Shown: positions 21,031-31,514 of the stretch, piece by piece
Numbering within the stretch: position 1 is the first letter of the stretch
Layout of the letters: every line of letters starts with the position of its first letter
Assembly: GCA_031962025.1 (NCBI GenBank)
Contig: JAVRKW010000002.1
Strand: one strand, 5' to 3'
DNA from: Pseudothermotoga sp.
GTDB taxonomy: Bacteria; Thermotogota; Thermotogae; Thermotogales; DSM-5069
DNA length: 64,000 nucleotides
The notes under the pieces: generated by a model
What the model saw: the letters and a program-made list of their open reading frames with translations, nothing else
Databases searched by the model: none
What the model was told of the DNA's origin: nothing
Position numbers and translations under genes: made by a program

Positions 21031-21756
21031 GTGAAACAGATAAAGGTAGCTGTAATAAGTGGAGGAGCCAAAAATATTGGCAAAGGAATTGCCCTTAAAT
21101 TCTTAAACAACGGCTGGAAGGTGGGAATTATTGATTTAGATGAGCAGGCACTGAGTGAATTTCCCGTCAAAGACGGTGTCTTTCTCTACTCAGGTGATGT
21201 CTCAGACGAATGTGCGGTGAAAGAATTCTACGGTCAGTTGAAAATGAAATTCGGCAGACTTGATGTTGTTGTTAACAACGCGGCGGTTGGTGGGTTCAAA
21301 GATTTTTTGCAACTCACCGCAGCAGAATGGAGACGGGTTATTGATATTAATCTAACAGGTTATTTTTTAATGGCACGTTTCGGTGCACCTTTGATACTGG
21401 AAAATCCCGGCAGAGGTGCGATTGTAAACATTTCTTCTACAAGAGCACTGATGTCTGAACCGGGTAATGAAGCGTACAGTGCATCGAAAGCCGGCATAAT
21501 CGGTCTGACCCATGCAATGGCAAACTCTCTTGGACCAGCTATCAGGGTTAATGCCGTGTGTCCCGGCTGGATCTTGCACGAAAATGAAGCCATCAGCCAA
21601 AAGGAGCACCAGCAGCATCTCACAGGAAGAGCGGGTACAATTGAAGATATAGCCAATCTGGTTCTTTTTCTTTCAGATGAGACAAAAAGTGGCTTTATAA
21701 CCGGTCAGTACTTTGTAGTTGATGGCGGTATGACCAAAAAAATGATATACGTGTGA
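21031..21756 (+). CDS. SDR-family oxidoreductase
   Basis: SGGAKNIG, NNAA, YSASK, NAVCPGWI; start moved to GTG 21031. Confidence 0.9.
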   Translation: MKQIKVAVISGGAKNIGKGIALKFLNNGWKVGIIDLDEQALSEFPVKDGVFLYSGDVSDECAVKEFYGQLKMKFGRLDVVVNNAAVGGFKDFLQLTAAEWRRVIDINLTGYFLMARFGAPLILENPGRGAIVNISSTRALMSEPGNEAYSASKAGIIGLTHAMANSLGPAIRVNAVCPGWILHENEAISQKEHQQHLTGRAGTIEDIANLVLFLSDETKSGFITGQYFVVDGGMTKKMIYV

Positions 21757-21757
21757 A

Positions 21758-23413
21758 TTACCTAACCCTTGCACATATCAGATTGTTCTTTTTTGCATAG
21801 TACATCGCAGAATCTGCATTTCTTATAAGCTGGTCTATGTCTTCACCATCCTGTGGATACTCTGCTATACCTACGTTGGCAGAAACGTGCAGGATTTTAC
21901 CGTCGATATTGATCGGTTCTTCAATAAGTTCAATCAAACGCTGCACAAAACGTTCGGCTTCAGCCGCCGAACAATCATAGAGTATCATGACAAACTCATC
22001 TCCACCGAATCTTGAAACAAGATCACTGCCTCTAATTGTCTTTTCCAGCCTGCTTCCTATTATCTTGAGCACTTCATCACCAAACTGGTGTCCATACTCA
22101 TCGTTGATCTTTTTGAATTTGCACAGGTCCATGAACAAAACACTCGCTTTTTTACCTTCTCTTTTTGCAAGCGAAATCATTTTCTCGCCGAATTCTTCAA
22201 ACATTCTTCTGTTCGCAAGTCCCGTTAAAGCATCATGAAATGAAATGTACTCCATCAGCTCTTGCTTTTCTAAAAGCTGTTTTTCAAGATTTATCCTCTG
22301 CGTAACTATTGCAAGGTGATTTGCAAACAGTTTTGCAAGTTTCACAGATTCTTCAGTGAAGGCATCTTCTTTTTCAAAGTTATCTAAATTGAAAAGAATC
22401 ACAACTTCTGATTTTATCTTAACAGGTACTATGAGAGTGGTTTTTATTTCATCTATTCGCCCGAATTTTTTGAGAATTTCCAATCTTTCTGCCGGCACAT
22501 TTGACTCATCGTACTGTTTCAAATTTTTTCTTATAAAAAAATCTTCAGAGGTCCAATGGGAGACTTCTTGAACGGTGAAAGAAATTTTTGAGAGTTCCTT
22601 TAGATCATATCCGACCGCAGCCACGTAAAAATACCGCTCATTTTCCCTGACAAGAACAGTACCACCCTGAGCGCCCGGCACGATGTCTATTGCACCTTCA
22701 AGCAGTACCTGATAGGGTTTATCTATCTTTCCTTCAAGGTATTTTCCCGTCAAATCCATGATGACTTCCAGAGCCTTTCTTTCTCTTTCTGCTTTTTTAA
22801 ACAAAGCTCTATGGATAGAAAATTTAACTCTGATGTCGCTCCATATAGAATACAAGAAAACTATGATCGAGACCAGCAAAGAGTTCAGAAAAGAAAAAAC
22901 ATCCAGATCTGAAGTTGTACGCTGATATTTCAAGCCAAACACAAAATCTTTTCCTGATTTGCTGATTTTGATATTTTTGATACCAAGAAAATCGAGTATT
23001 TCCTGGGAATCTACAACCGCGAGCACCACTTTACCGGGCATATAGAGGCTGAGATCTTCGGTATAGATATTGAATCTGATCATCAGATTCTCATCAAATG
23101 TTTCTATTTGATATAGCCTATCAGTGTACTGATTGGTCTGCAAAATCTTGAGCTCTTTTATCTGAGAAAATTCTTGCTTTATACCTGTGAAAAGTTTTTC
23201 AATAGATTGTATATCGTTTTTGGAAAACAACTCAAAGGTATAGTCTCGCTGAAAATACATGGCGCTTATGTATTTAGCCATCTATTCCACTCTGGTCGAA
23301 TAAAGTGTTTTTGCCAGCTCAAGGCTGTGCTCAAATCTCTGATGGTTCATCAAGGCAAGTACAGTGAGAGCAACTACAAAGACAATGACAAACAAAAAAA
23401 CCTGTCGAATCAT
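21758..23413 (-). pseudogene. Membrane GAF-GGDEF diguanylate cyclase interrupted by an in-frame TAG at codon 44
   Basis: SD plus ATG 23413 gives MIRQVFLFVIVFVVALTVLAL (TM1)...RVE, TAG at 23284-23282, then in-frame 507-aa ORF with TM2, GAF, HDALTGLANR and RFGGDEF. Confidence 0.7.
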
Positions 23414-23549
23414 TCAAACACTCCCTACAATCTTCTCTCAAAAGTAATATACCACTATGCTAATATGGATGATTGCCAGCACATTTTTTAGACTCGAAAA
23501 ACAGTGGTCAGTTTGCTTTGAACAATGATAAAATTAAAAACGAGGTGGT

Positions 23550-24458
23550 TTGATGAAAACATTTGTATTACTTACATTGCTTTTTGCGGTGAGTGCCTTT
23601 TCTTTGAATGTCCTTGTTCCTGCAGGTCCAACTGTGGTAAGTGTAGCGGCTCTGCTTGAAGGTAAAGTGAGTTCAAATGTTCCACTTAAAATCGACTTCT
23701 GGCGGACACTTGATCAGGTGAATACACAAATAGTTTCCAGATCAGCTGACATAGTAATTTTGCCGGTTTCGATCGGAACCAGTTTGTATTTGAAAAAAGT
23801 GGATTTGAGACTTGCCGCCGTGACACTCTGGAGCGGTTTTTACATAGTAGCGAAAGATATCAAACTGAATTCTGTTGAAGATCTCAGCAATCAGGAAATC
23901 TATACACCTCAAGGTAAAGGACAGACAGGTGATGTTTTAATAAGGTTTTTGGTGAACAAATTCAATCTTTCAAATACTTCCATAAAATATGCTGCCCAGA
24001 ATGAAATAGTAGCACTCATGAGCGCTGGAAAGGTGAAGATAGCGGTACTTCCAGAACCATTTGTCTCACTCGCATTGAATAACGCGTCTGCATCGATCGC
24101 ATTTGATTTACAGCAGATCTGGTCACAACTCACAGAAAGAGCGGCTGAAGTGCCTATTACTGGCATTTTCGTCAGAGGAGAGCTGGTTCAGGATGAAAAT
24201 ATCCTTCAGGCGCTTGAAGCGATCAAAAAATCGATAGATTATGCTGTGCAAAATCCGGTTGAGATTTCTCAGCTTTCTGCAAAATACTTGGGTGGTATGA
24301 GTCCAGAAATCATAGCACAATCTCTGAAAAGATCTCTGTACGAGTATCGATCTGCAAAAGATCAGAAGGAAAATATCACCTTTTATCTGAACACAGTCAA
24401 GCAGATCGAACCAGAGGCAGTGCCAGAACTTCCAGACGATGCTTTCTTTGCGTTCTAA
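23550..24458 (+). CDS. NitT/TauT-family ABC solute-binding protein
   Basis: Signal peptide, PAGPT, AVLPEPFVS; adjacent permease and ATPase. Confidence 0.8.
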   Translation: MMKTFVLLTLLFAVSAFSLNVLVPAGPTVVSVAALLEGKVSSNVPLKIDFWRTLDQVNTQIVSRSADIVILPVSIGTSLYLKKVDLRLAAVTLWSGFYIVAKDIKLNSVEDLSNQEIYTPQGKGQTGDVLIRFLVNKFNLSNTSIKYAAQNEIVALMSAGKVKIAVLPEPFVSLALNNASASIAFDLQQIWSQLTERAAEVPITGIFVRGELVQDENILQALEAIKKSIDYAVQNPVEISQLSAKYLGGMSPEIIAQSLKRSLYEYRSAKDQKENITFYLNTVKQIEPEAVPELPDDAFFAF

Positions 24459-25188
24459 ATGGTTTTTATTTGGGATAATTTTTCTTTTATGTCTCTGGTA
24501 TATAGCATCGATCCTTGTTGGATCTTCTTTAATTTTCCCGGGTCCAGATCTTGTTTTTGCACAGATTTTTAAGCTCGCAAAGACCGGGCAGCTGTTCGTC
24601 TATTTATGGCAAACTTTTTACAAAGCATTTTTAGGCATGTTACTGGCTTTACTGATAGGTTTGCTTTTGGGATTTGCGATAGGCATCTCACAAAAGCTGT
24701 ATGAACTGTTTCGGCCGCTTTTGATGATTGTTCGATCTGTTCCAATCGTCTCATGGCTGAGTACGGTGATACTTCTGTGGGGTATAGGATGGAAAGGTGT
24801 GGTTTTCATTGTGTGTGTTACCCTGCTGCCCGGGGTGATCTTCAACATCGCCGAAGGTGTGAGATCGGTCGATGTCAGATTGCTTGAGATGGCAAAGATA
24901 TATTCAGTTCGAAAAAGAAAGATTTTCCAAAAAATCTATCTTGGTTCGATCCTGCCGTTTTTGCTGTCTGCTATAAATGTTAGTATCGGTACTATGTGGA
25001 AGGCTGCCATTGTTTCTGAATATCTGATCGGTGACAGTGGTCTTGGATTGCAGATCTTTCAATCAAAATTCTACATAGACACTCCGTCGGTTTTTGCCTT
25101 TACCATCAGCGCTGTTCTGTTTGGACTTGCACTTGAATTGATTTTTTCGTTGTTCTGGGAGAGATATTTTGGTGAAAAAAGTTCTTGA
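24439..25188 (+). CDS. NitT/TauT-family ABC permease
   Basis: RSVPIVSW, LLEMAKIY, MWKAAIVSE. Confidence 0.85.
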   Translation: MLSLRSKWFLFGIIFLLCLWYIASILVGSSLIFPGPDLVFAQIFKLAKTGQLFVYLWQTFYKAFLGMLLALLIGLLLGFAIGISQKLYELFRPLLMIVRSVPIVSWLSTVILLWGIGWKGVVFIVCVTLLPGVIFNIAEGVRSVDVRLLEMAKIYSVRKRKIFQKIYLGSILPFLLSAINVSIGTMWKAAIVSEYLIGDSGLGLQIFQSKFYIDTPSVFAFTISAVLFGLALELIFSLFWERYFGEKSS

Positions 25189-25858
25189 ACTGTCAGGCGT
25201 GTGCAAAAACTTTGGAAAATTAGAGGTTTTGAAAAATATCAATCTGACTTTATACGAAGGTCAGTCGGTGTCAATAGTTGGTAAATCTGGCTGTGGAAAA
25301 ACCACGCTTTTGAGAATCATTGCCGGTGTCGAAAATCCGACATTCGGTGAGATCAAAAGGGATTTCAACAGTATCGGCTATGTTTTTCAGGAAGATCGTC
25401 TGATACCGTGGTGCACGGCTTTTGAGAATCTGCTCTTTGTCTGTGAAGATCACGAGCAGGTAATGAACGCACTCAAATTGGTAGGGCTTGAGCAATTTAA
25501 AGATTACAAGCCAAAAAAATTGAGCGGTGGCATGAAACAACGCCTGAACTTAGCACGTGCCGTGGTTAGAAAACCCGATTTGATGCTGCTTGATGAGCCG
25601 TTCCAGAGCCTTGATCTTGTGACCAAATCCAAGTTAATAGAAGATCTAAAGCGAATTTTAAGAGAGCTTCAGACAACTTATATAATGGTAACCCACGATA
25701 TAAGAGAAGCTGCATGCTTATCTGAAAAAATATACATCCTTTCTGGACAGCCGGCGATGATAGTCAAGCAAATAGATCTGGACAGAAAGATCACAGATTT
25801 ATTCGATCCAGAAATTTTGAAAATCGAGCAGCAGGTTATATCTTTAAGCTCTAAGTGA
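25169..25858 (+). CDS. NitT/TauT-family ABC ATPase
   Basis: GKSGCGKT, VFQEDRLIPW, LSGGMKQR, LLDEPF. Confidence 0.9.
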   Translation: MVKKVLELSGVCKNFGKLEVLKNINLTLYEGQSVSIVGKSGCGKTTLLRIIAGVENPTFGEIKRDFNSIGYVFQEDRLIPWCTAFENLLFVCEDHEQVMNALKLVGLEQFKDYKPKKLSGGMKQRLNLARAVVRKPDLMLLDEPFQSLDLVTKSKLIEDLKRILRELQTTYIMVTHDIREAACLSEKIYILSGQPAMIVKQIDLDRKITDLFDPEILKIEQQVISLSSK

Positions 25859-26234
25859 TTTTGTACAGATCAATGAGCAGTGCTGCCAGTTTTTCAGGAT
25901 CGTCTATCTTATAGAGATTTGTCTTTACAGGTAGATCACTTGACCCAAAACCTTCTGGACCGGTGAAGTGTTTCGCAAGTTCCTTGGAAAATACAAGCTC
26001 TTTTCTTTTGTCAGGGAAAATGAAAACTGACAAAACGATCGAATCTTTCAACAAATAATCGATGTGCCAGTGAAGCTTTTTGCGAGTGCTCAAGTGTCTA
26101 CAGACTCTTTTTTGCAGGTTATTCATCGCTGAACCCACATAGACATACAGACCTTTTTGAATTTGCCATTTTTTTCCACAGTCGATCTGCAAATCTTTTT
26201 TAACTTTTATCAAAAGCATGTATGTGCCTTTCAG
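25851..26234 (-). CDS. DUF123 / GIY-YIG (Uri) superfamily protein, probable CTG start
   Basis: GLYVYVGSA, KKLHWHIDYL, GFGSSD; CTG at 26234 gives MKGTYMLLI behind SD GGGGAG. Confidence 0.8.
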   Translation of the reverse strand: MKGTYMLLIKVKKDLQIDCGKKWQIQKGLYVYVGSAMNNLQKRVCRHLSTRKKLHWHIDYLLKDSIVLSVFIFPDKRKELVFSKELAKHFTGPEGFGSSDLPVKTNLYKIDDPEKLAALLIDLYKIT

Positions 26235-26292
26235 AAAAATCTCCCCGTATTTATACTACCATCGGTGATAAAATCTTCCCGGGGGTGTTAAG

Positions 26293-26769
26293 ATGTGGAT
26301 GGTAATTTCCGATACCCATGATAACCTTGAAAAGATCAGACACTTTGTCCAGGAAGCCAACAAAAGAAATGTCACTCACGTGTTTCATTGCGGAGATATC
26401 ATTTCTCCATTTGCCCTTGCCGAATTCACAAAAGGTAATTTTGATTTCCATGGAGTTTTCGGGAACAACGATGGTGAAGTGATATTGCTCAACCAAAAGT
26501 CATCCGGAAGGGTCAGAAAAGGTCCACTTGAACTTGTTATAGACGGGTACAGAGTCCTTCTGATGCACGAACCATGTGCACTCGAAGCATTACTCGAGTC
26601 TAATTACTACGATTTCATTTTCTACGGTCATATTCACAAAGTCGATATCAGAAAAAGCGTCAAGACTGTGCTCATAAACCCCGGTGATGCAAGTGGTTAT
26701 CTTTCAAATCAGGCAACTGTGGTATTTGTGAACCCGCAGACCAAGGAGATAGAAGTCTACCGCGTCTAA
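26293..26769 (+). CDS. YfcE/MJ0936-family metallophosphoesterase
   Basis: ISDTHDN, HCGD, GNND, GHIH, NPG motifs. Confidence 0.9.
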   Translation: MWMVISDTHDNLEKIRHFVQEANKRNVTHVFHCGDIISPFALAEFTKGNFDFHGVFGNNDGEVILLNQKSSGRVRKGPLELVIDGYRVLLMHEPCALEALLESNYYDFIFYGHIHKVDIRKSVKTVLINPGDASGYLSNQATVVFVNPQTKEIEVYRV

Positions 26770-26817
26770 AACAGATATTGACTTTTGTGGATTGGTGAGA
26801 TAATCTAAATATCGAAT

Positions 26818-26931
26818 ATGAAAACTTTGAAAACAGTAAAAATACCGTGCCTGTTTTTTGAAATTGAACAATTATTTCAAAAAGCACATAGTTGCCAGTT
26901 GTTTTTTATTTTCAAATTCTGCACTCGATAA
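26818..26931 (+). CDS. Putative 37-aa pyrBI leader peptide
   Basis: MKTLKTVKIPCLFFEIEQLFQKAHSCQLFFIFKFCTR*; stop overlaps the base of the leader terminator; promoter candidate TTGACT-N17-TAATCT at 26778-26806. Confidence 0.4.
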   Translation: MKTLKTVKIPCLFFEIEQLFQKAHSCQLFFIFKFCTR

Positions 26932-26960
26932 AGGTCAGCGAAAGCTGACCTTTTTTATTT
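26930..26960 (+). terminator. Attenuator-type terminator immediately upstream of pyrBI
   Basis: AAAGGTCAGC-GAAA-GCTGACCTTT followed by TTTATTTT, just before the pyrBI SD. Confidence 0.8.
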
Positions 26961-26975
26961 TATGGAGGTGCTGGT

Positions 26976-28550
26976 ATGAAAAGTTTTCGAAGCCGAACCC
27001 TTGCGGTGATCAGAGATTTCACCGTCGATGAACAGCTCTTTGTTTATCAAAAGACAAAGGAGCTGAAGCAAAAATGGCTCAAAAAAGAAGATCTGAGCGA
27101 GTTTCAGATCAAAGAAGGTGTGAATATCTACATCGTCTTTGTTGAGCCAAGCACAAGAACAAAAGAATCTTTCATAAACGCGGCAAGGTTTCACAAAAAT
27201 GCCAGGGTGAATATCTTCGATGCAGAACATTCTTCTTTCAACAAAAACGAAAGCTATGTCGACACATTCAGCATGCTGACAAGCTACGGAGATTATTCGA
27301 TTTTCGTTGTCAGGACAAGGCTTGAAGGTGTTCCAAGACTTTTAGAAAGAAAAGTAGGAGAATTTGCACAAAGACATGGTATAGAAAAACCCGCTTTCAT
27401 AAACGGTGGCGATGGAAGACATGAACATCCAACACAGGAACTGTTAGATGAATACACCTTTCTTGAACAGAACAATTTCGACAACTCACACATCAGGATT
27501 GCTTTAATAGGAGATTTACTGCACGGCAGGACTGTGCATTCGAAAGTGGATGGTTTAAGGGTCTTCAAAAACGTCGAGGTCGATTTAATTGCCCCGGAGC
27601 AGATTCAGATGCCAGAACACTATGTCGAAAAAATGAGATCAAACGGCTTTGAAGTGAGAAAATTTTCCTCTATAGATGAATATCTCTCAAGCACAGACAC
27701 CGCAAAAATATGGTATTTCACCAGATTGCAACTTGAAAGAATGGGAGAAGATATTCTTGAAAAGGAACATATTTTGAGAAAGGCTGTAACTTTCAGAAAA
27801 GACATGCTCGACAAAGTAAAAGAAGGAACGAAATTCTACCACCCTCTGCCCAGACCCAAAGTAAACCCGGAGATACCAACTTTTCTGGACGAACTGCCTC
27901 TGAACGGCTGGGAAACCCAGGCGAGAAATGGTTTCTGGGTGAGAGTTGTTTTGCTGTCAATGCTCGGTGGAGCTATCGAAATGGAGTGCGATGAGCCATC
28001 AACTGTTCAGAAAGAGGAAGACGAATACGAATTCATAATACCGGCTCAGATAGTCCACGGAACAAAAGGCGTCGCAAAGGAAGGAAAGCGCGGTATCAAG
28101 CCCATTGAAAATGGAACTGTGATAGATCACATAGCCAAAGGGAAGAGTCCCGAGGAAATTTTCAACACAGTGGTAAAGATCAGAAAAATTCTAAAGCTCT
28201 ATGATTGTGATAGCGCCGATGGTATTTTCAAATCTGCCGATGGAAGCTATAAGGGTTATATCAGTTTACCGGACAGATACCTGAGCAAAAAAGAGATCAA
28301 GAAACTTTCGGCAATCGCACCAAATACAACGGTCAACATCATAAAAGATGCTTCTGTGAAAGAAAAATACCGCATCAAATTGCCTCCAAGGATATACAAC
28401 TTTGACGAAATCAGATGCAAAAACGAAAACTGTATAACCCACCCGAAGAACAACGAAAATGTCGGTGCGTCATTTGTGAGAATTGGCGATAAGTTAGTCT
28501 GTGAGTACTGTGAAACACCGCATGAATACAGCGAAATATGGATAATCTGA
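26976..28550 (+). CDS. pyrBI: Fused aspartate carbamoyltransferase catalytic/regulatory protein PyrBI
   Basis: EPSTRTKESF, HEHPTQ, HPLPR (PyrB); IKPIENGTVIDHI, CKNENCIT and CEYCE zinc motifs (PyrI). Confidence 0.95.
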   Translation: MKSFRSRTLAVIRDFTVDEQLFVYQKTKELKQKWLKKEDLSEFQIKEGVNIYIVFVEPSTRTKESFINAARFHKNARVNIFDAEHSSFNKNESYVDTFSMLTSYGDYSIFVVRTRLEGVPRLLERKVGEFAQRHGIEKPAFINGGDGRHEHPTQELLDEYTFLEQNNFDNSHIRIALIGDLLHGRTVHSKVDGLRVFKNVEVDLIAPEQIQMPEHYVEKMRSNGFEVRKFSSIDEYLSSTDTAKIWYFTRLQLERMGEDILEKEHILRKAVTFRKDMLDKVKEGTKFYHPLPRPKVNPEIPTFLDELPLNGWETQARNGFWVRVVLLSMLGGAIEMECDEPSTVQKEEDEYEFIIPAQIVHGTKGVAKEGKRGIKPIENGTVIDHIAKGKSPEEIFNTVVKIRKILKLYDCDSADGIFKSADGSYKGYISLPDRYLSKKEIKKLSAIAPNTTVNIIKDASVKEKYRIKLPPRIYNFDEIRCKNENCITHPKNNENVGASFVRIGDKLVCEYCETPHEYSEIWII

Positions 28551-28568
28551 CAGCAGGAGTGGTAACAT

Positions 28569-29339
28569 ATGAATTTAGCGGATTTCAAATGGGCTCTGAT
28601 CACTGGTGCTTCATCGGGAATCGGGAGAGAATTTGCCATCCAGCTTTCAAAAAAAGGTCTCAATATAATCGCGGTTGGGAAAAATGAAGAAAGATTGGCG
28701 CAAACTGTCGAAACTGTGAAAAAAATTTCAGATGTAAAGATCATCAGTTATGCAGTTGACCTTTCACTGCAGGAGAATGTCCGGTCATTGATTGTCGATC
28801 TTTCAAAATATCAGATCGATCTTTTGATCAACAACGCTGGTTTTGGTCTTTATGGAGAATTCACAGAACTTGAACTGAGTGATATTGAAAAGATGATCGA
28901 GGTTAACATCAAAACTCTGACTGTGCTCAGCCACGTTTTTTCCAAGCAAATGATCGCAAGAAAATTCGGTGGAATTATAAACATCGCTTCAGTTGCCGGG
29001 CATATACCATTACCATATTTCAGCGCCTATGCCGCAACCAAAGCTTATGTGTATAATTTCTCGCTTGGACTCTGGGCTGAGTTGAGAAAACACAACATTC
29101 ATGTCCTGTGCGTTTCTCCAGGACCAACGGAAACGAGATTTTTCGAAAGGGCTTTTAGAAATCAAAATCTGCAAAAATTCGGTTCTCGCATGCAGCCAGA
29201 TGAAGTTGTTTCGGGCGCGCTCAAAGCCTTTGAAAAAGGTAAAGCTGTGTATGTCCCTGGTTTGAAAAACAAACTCATCACCTTTTTGGGCAAAAAGCTT
29301 TTGCCGGATAGATTCATTGCCACAGTTGCTGGTGGCTGA
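28569..29339 (+). CDS. SDR-family oxidoreductase
   Basis: ITGASSGIG, NNAGFG, YAATK, PGPTET. Confidence 0.9.
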   Translation: MNLADFKWALITGASSGIGREFAIQLSKKGLNIIAVGKNEERLAQTVETVKKISDVKIISYAVDLSLQENVRSLIVDLSKYQIDLLINNAGFGLYGEFTELELSDIEKMIEVNIKTLTVLSHVFSKQMIARKFGGIINIASVAGHIPLPYFSAYAATKAYVYNFSLGLWAELRKHNIHVLCVSPGPTETRFFERAFRNQNLQKFGSRMQPDEVVSGALKAFEKGKAVYVPGLKNKLITFLGKKLLPDRFIATVAGG

Positions 29340-29341
29340 AC

Positions 29342-30286
29342 TCAAATCGTTTTTTGCAAAAAGCTGATGAAGTTGAGCCAGGCTATTTTTTCTATATCCT
29401 GTTCGTCAAAGCCATTCTTTCTGAGATACTCAATCAGGGCTGGTACTCTGGTGACATCTTCCAGCCCTGCTGTTTGTTTCCTGTTGTTGCTTGTTGGCAG
29501 ATAATCAAAGAAATCAAAACCAAAGCAGATGTGATCAACTCCAATCAAACCGGCAACATAAGTTACGTGTTCAGCTACTTTTTCCATGGATGGATTTTTC
29601 AGATCCACAATTTGTGGAAGCGCGCTTATACCTATCAAACCACCTGATTGTGCCACTGCTTTGATCTGTTCGTCCTTTAAATTTCGTGGAACAGGACACA
29701 AAGAATACGCGTTCGAATGTGTTGCGATGAAAGGTCTGTCGGCAATTTTCACAACGTCCCAGAAACTTCTTTCACTCAAATGAGAAACATCAAGAACAAT
29801 TTTCAGATTTTCCATGATTCTAACTGCTTTTCTGCCAAGATCGCTCAAACCTTTTGAACTATCGTCGCAACCACAACCTGCCGCAAGCAAATTCACTTCG
29901 TTCCAGGCAAGACTGATTATTCTAAACCCAAGATCATAAAGCGTTCCTATGAAATCTATATTACTTCCAATACCAACTAAACCTTCCACACTTGAAACAA
30001 CTAAAATCTTTTCATCTTTCAAAGCCTCACTGATTTGCAAGCTATTTTCTACAAAAACCAGCTCATCGCTTTTTGTTTCTCTGATGTATTTTGATCTGAT
30101 CCCGATCATCCGCATAAACTTTTCCGTGGGATTTTCATCCTTCGGATTTGTCCACACTGCGGCGTTTATCCCGCATATATTCCCAATCCTTAATCTCTCA
30201 AGATGATACGACAGCAATACATTTTCCCCATGATTTTTCAAATAAACATCGTACCAAATATCTGAATGACCGTCGAATACCTTCAT
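29342..30286 (-). CDS. Membrane dipeptidase (peptidase M19)
   Basis: FDGHSD, VEG, LDVSHL, THSN, RNLKD, GFDF. Confidence 0.9.
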   Translation of the reverse strand: MKVFDGHSDIWYDVYLKNHGENVLLSYHLERLRIGNICGINAAVWTNPKDENPTEKFMRMIGIRSKYIRETKSDELVFVENSLQISEALKDEKILVVSSVEGLVGIGSNIDFIGTLYDLGFRIISLAWNEVNLLAAGCGCDDSSKGLSDLGRKAVRIMENLKIVLDVSHLSERSFWDVVKIADRPFIATHSNAYSLCPVPRNLKDEQIKAVAQSGGLIGISALPQIVDLKNPSMEKVAEHVTYVAGLIGVDHICFGFDFFDYLPTSNNRKQTAGLEDVTRVPALIEYLRKNGFDEQDIEKIAWLNFISFLQKTI

Positions 30287-30367
30287 TTATATCACCCTCT
30301 TACAATATTATGGCACTATTCAGCTCTTTCAAAGAGTGCGATTCTGAGAACATACAACAGTATTTTT

Positions 30368-30913
30368 TCAGGATGAAATTTTGAACGACATTCTTTCAAA
30401 ACAAAATTCGCTATTGTGAATTTTTATTCTACTTTCACCGATTTTTTCAAAACCCATTCTTTTATACAGGGCTTTCGCCAGATCGTTTTGTTTTTCAACA
30501 TCGAGTATTATTCTGCCACACCCCTGCTGCTTTGCAATTTTGAAAGTGTATTCAACAAGTTTCTTTCCAAGTCCCATCGATCTGAACTTTGGATAGATCG
30601 CTATATTGCTCAGGTAAAAATCACCTTTTGAATGTCTGCCCAAGGTTCGATCGATCTTGACCATAGCCAGAAGTCTGCAAAGTCCTATCTTTCTTAGTAA
30701 CAACCTTCCAGTGTTGATTCTGCACCTTCTTGCATAATCGTGAGAATAACCAACTATCACTCCAAAAATTTGCCCTTCGATTAAGCCAAAATATGTACAT
30801 TCGTGGCTGAAAAGGTTTTAAGGTGTTTTCAAGAAAATCTTCACCGTCATAAGAACAAGCTCGGCAAAATCATCGGCATGAGATTTTTTTGCCTTGATAA
30901 ACTGTGTATACAA
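30368..30913 (-). pseudogene. GNAT acetyltransferase with internal stop
   Basis: SD GGGGGAG plus TTG 30913 (YTQFIKAKKSHADDFAELVLM), in-frame TAA at 30820-30818, then NLFSHEC...YLSNIAIYPKFRSMGLG...NDLAKALYKRMGF. Confidence 0.7.
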
Positions 30914-30968
30914 AAAACTCCCCCTAAAAAGTATACTCTACATAGAATAAGTTACTGGAGGTGGTTGG

Positions 30969-31454
30969 ATGAATCTGGAAATCGTTCAGATTGATATTCC
31001 AGAGGGTGCAAATGTCATAATAGGGCATTCTCACTTCATCAAGACTGTTGAAGATCTATACGAAGTTGTGGTGACTACAAACCCGAATATGAAATTTGGG
31101 CTTGCATTCAACGAAGCAAGTGGTCCATGTTTGGTGAGATACGAAGGTAATGATCAGGATCTGATCAACACAGCAATCGAAAATGCAAAAAAGGTCGGAG
31201 CAGGACACCTTTTTGTCCTTCTGATTAAGGATGGATATCCAATTAACATATTAAACCAGATTAAAAACACTCAGGAAGTGTGCACAATCTTTGCAGCCAC
31301 TGCAAATCCGCTTCAAATAATAGTGGCACAGACAGACCAGGGAAGGGCTGTTCTTGGTGTGGTCGACGGCTATTCAGTCAAAGGTGTAGAATCGGAAAAA
31401 GACAGAGAATGGAGACACAACTTCTTAAGGCAGATCACCAAATACAAAAAATAG
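30969..31454 (+). CDS. Adenosine-specific kinase family protein (DUF355)
   Basis: [41 protein letters not shown]. Confidence 0.85.
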   Translation: MNLEIVQIDIPEGANVIIGHSHFIKTVEDLYEVVVTTNPNMKFGLAFNEASGPCLVRYEGNDQDLINTAIENAKKVGAGHLFVLLIKDGYPINILNQIKNTQEVCTIFAATANPLQIIVAQTDQGRAVLGVVDGYSVKGVESEKDREWRHNFLRQITKYKK

Positions 31455-31514
31455 CTGGCTGATGCCAGCTTTCATCAACATTCAACGCAGTAAACTCAAT
31501 ATTCACAGTCTGCT

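Noticed and set aside
23282..23284. Pyrrolysine read-through of the TAG
   Set aside because: No pyl genes in the window and not a methylamine methyltransferase context; a nonsense mutation or error is simpler.
26976..28550. PyrB-PyrI fusion as a novelty
   Set aside because: Already described for Thermotoga maritima; used only as a taxonomic clue.
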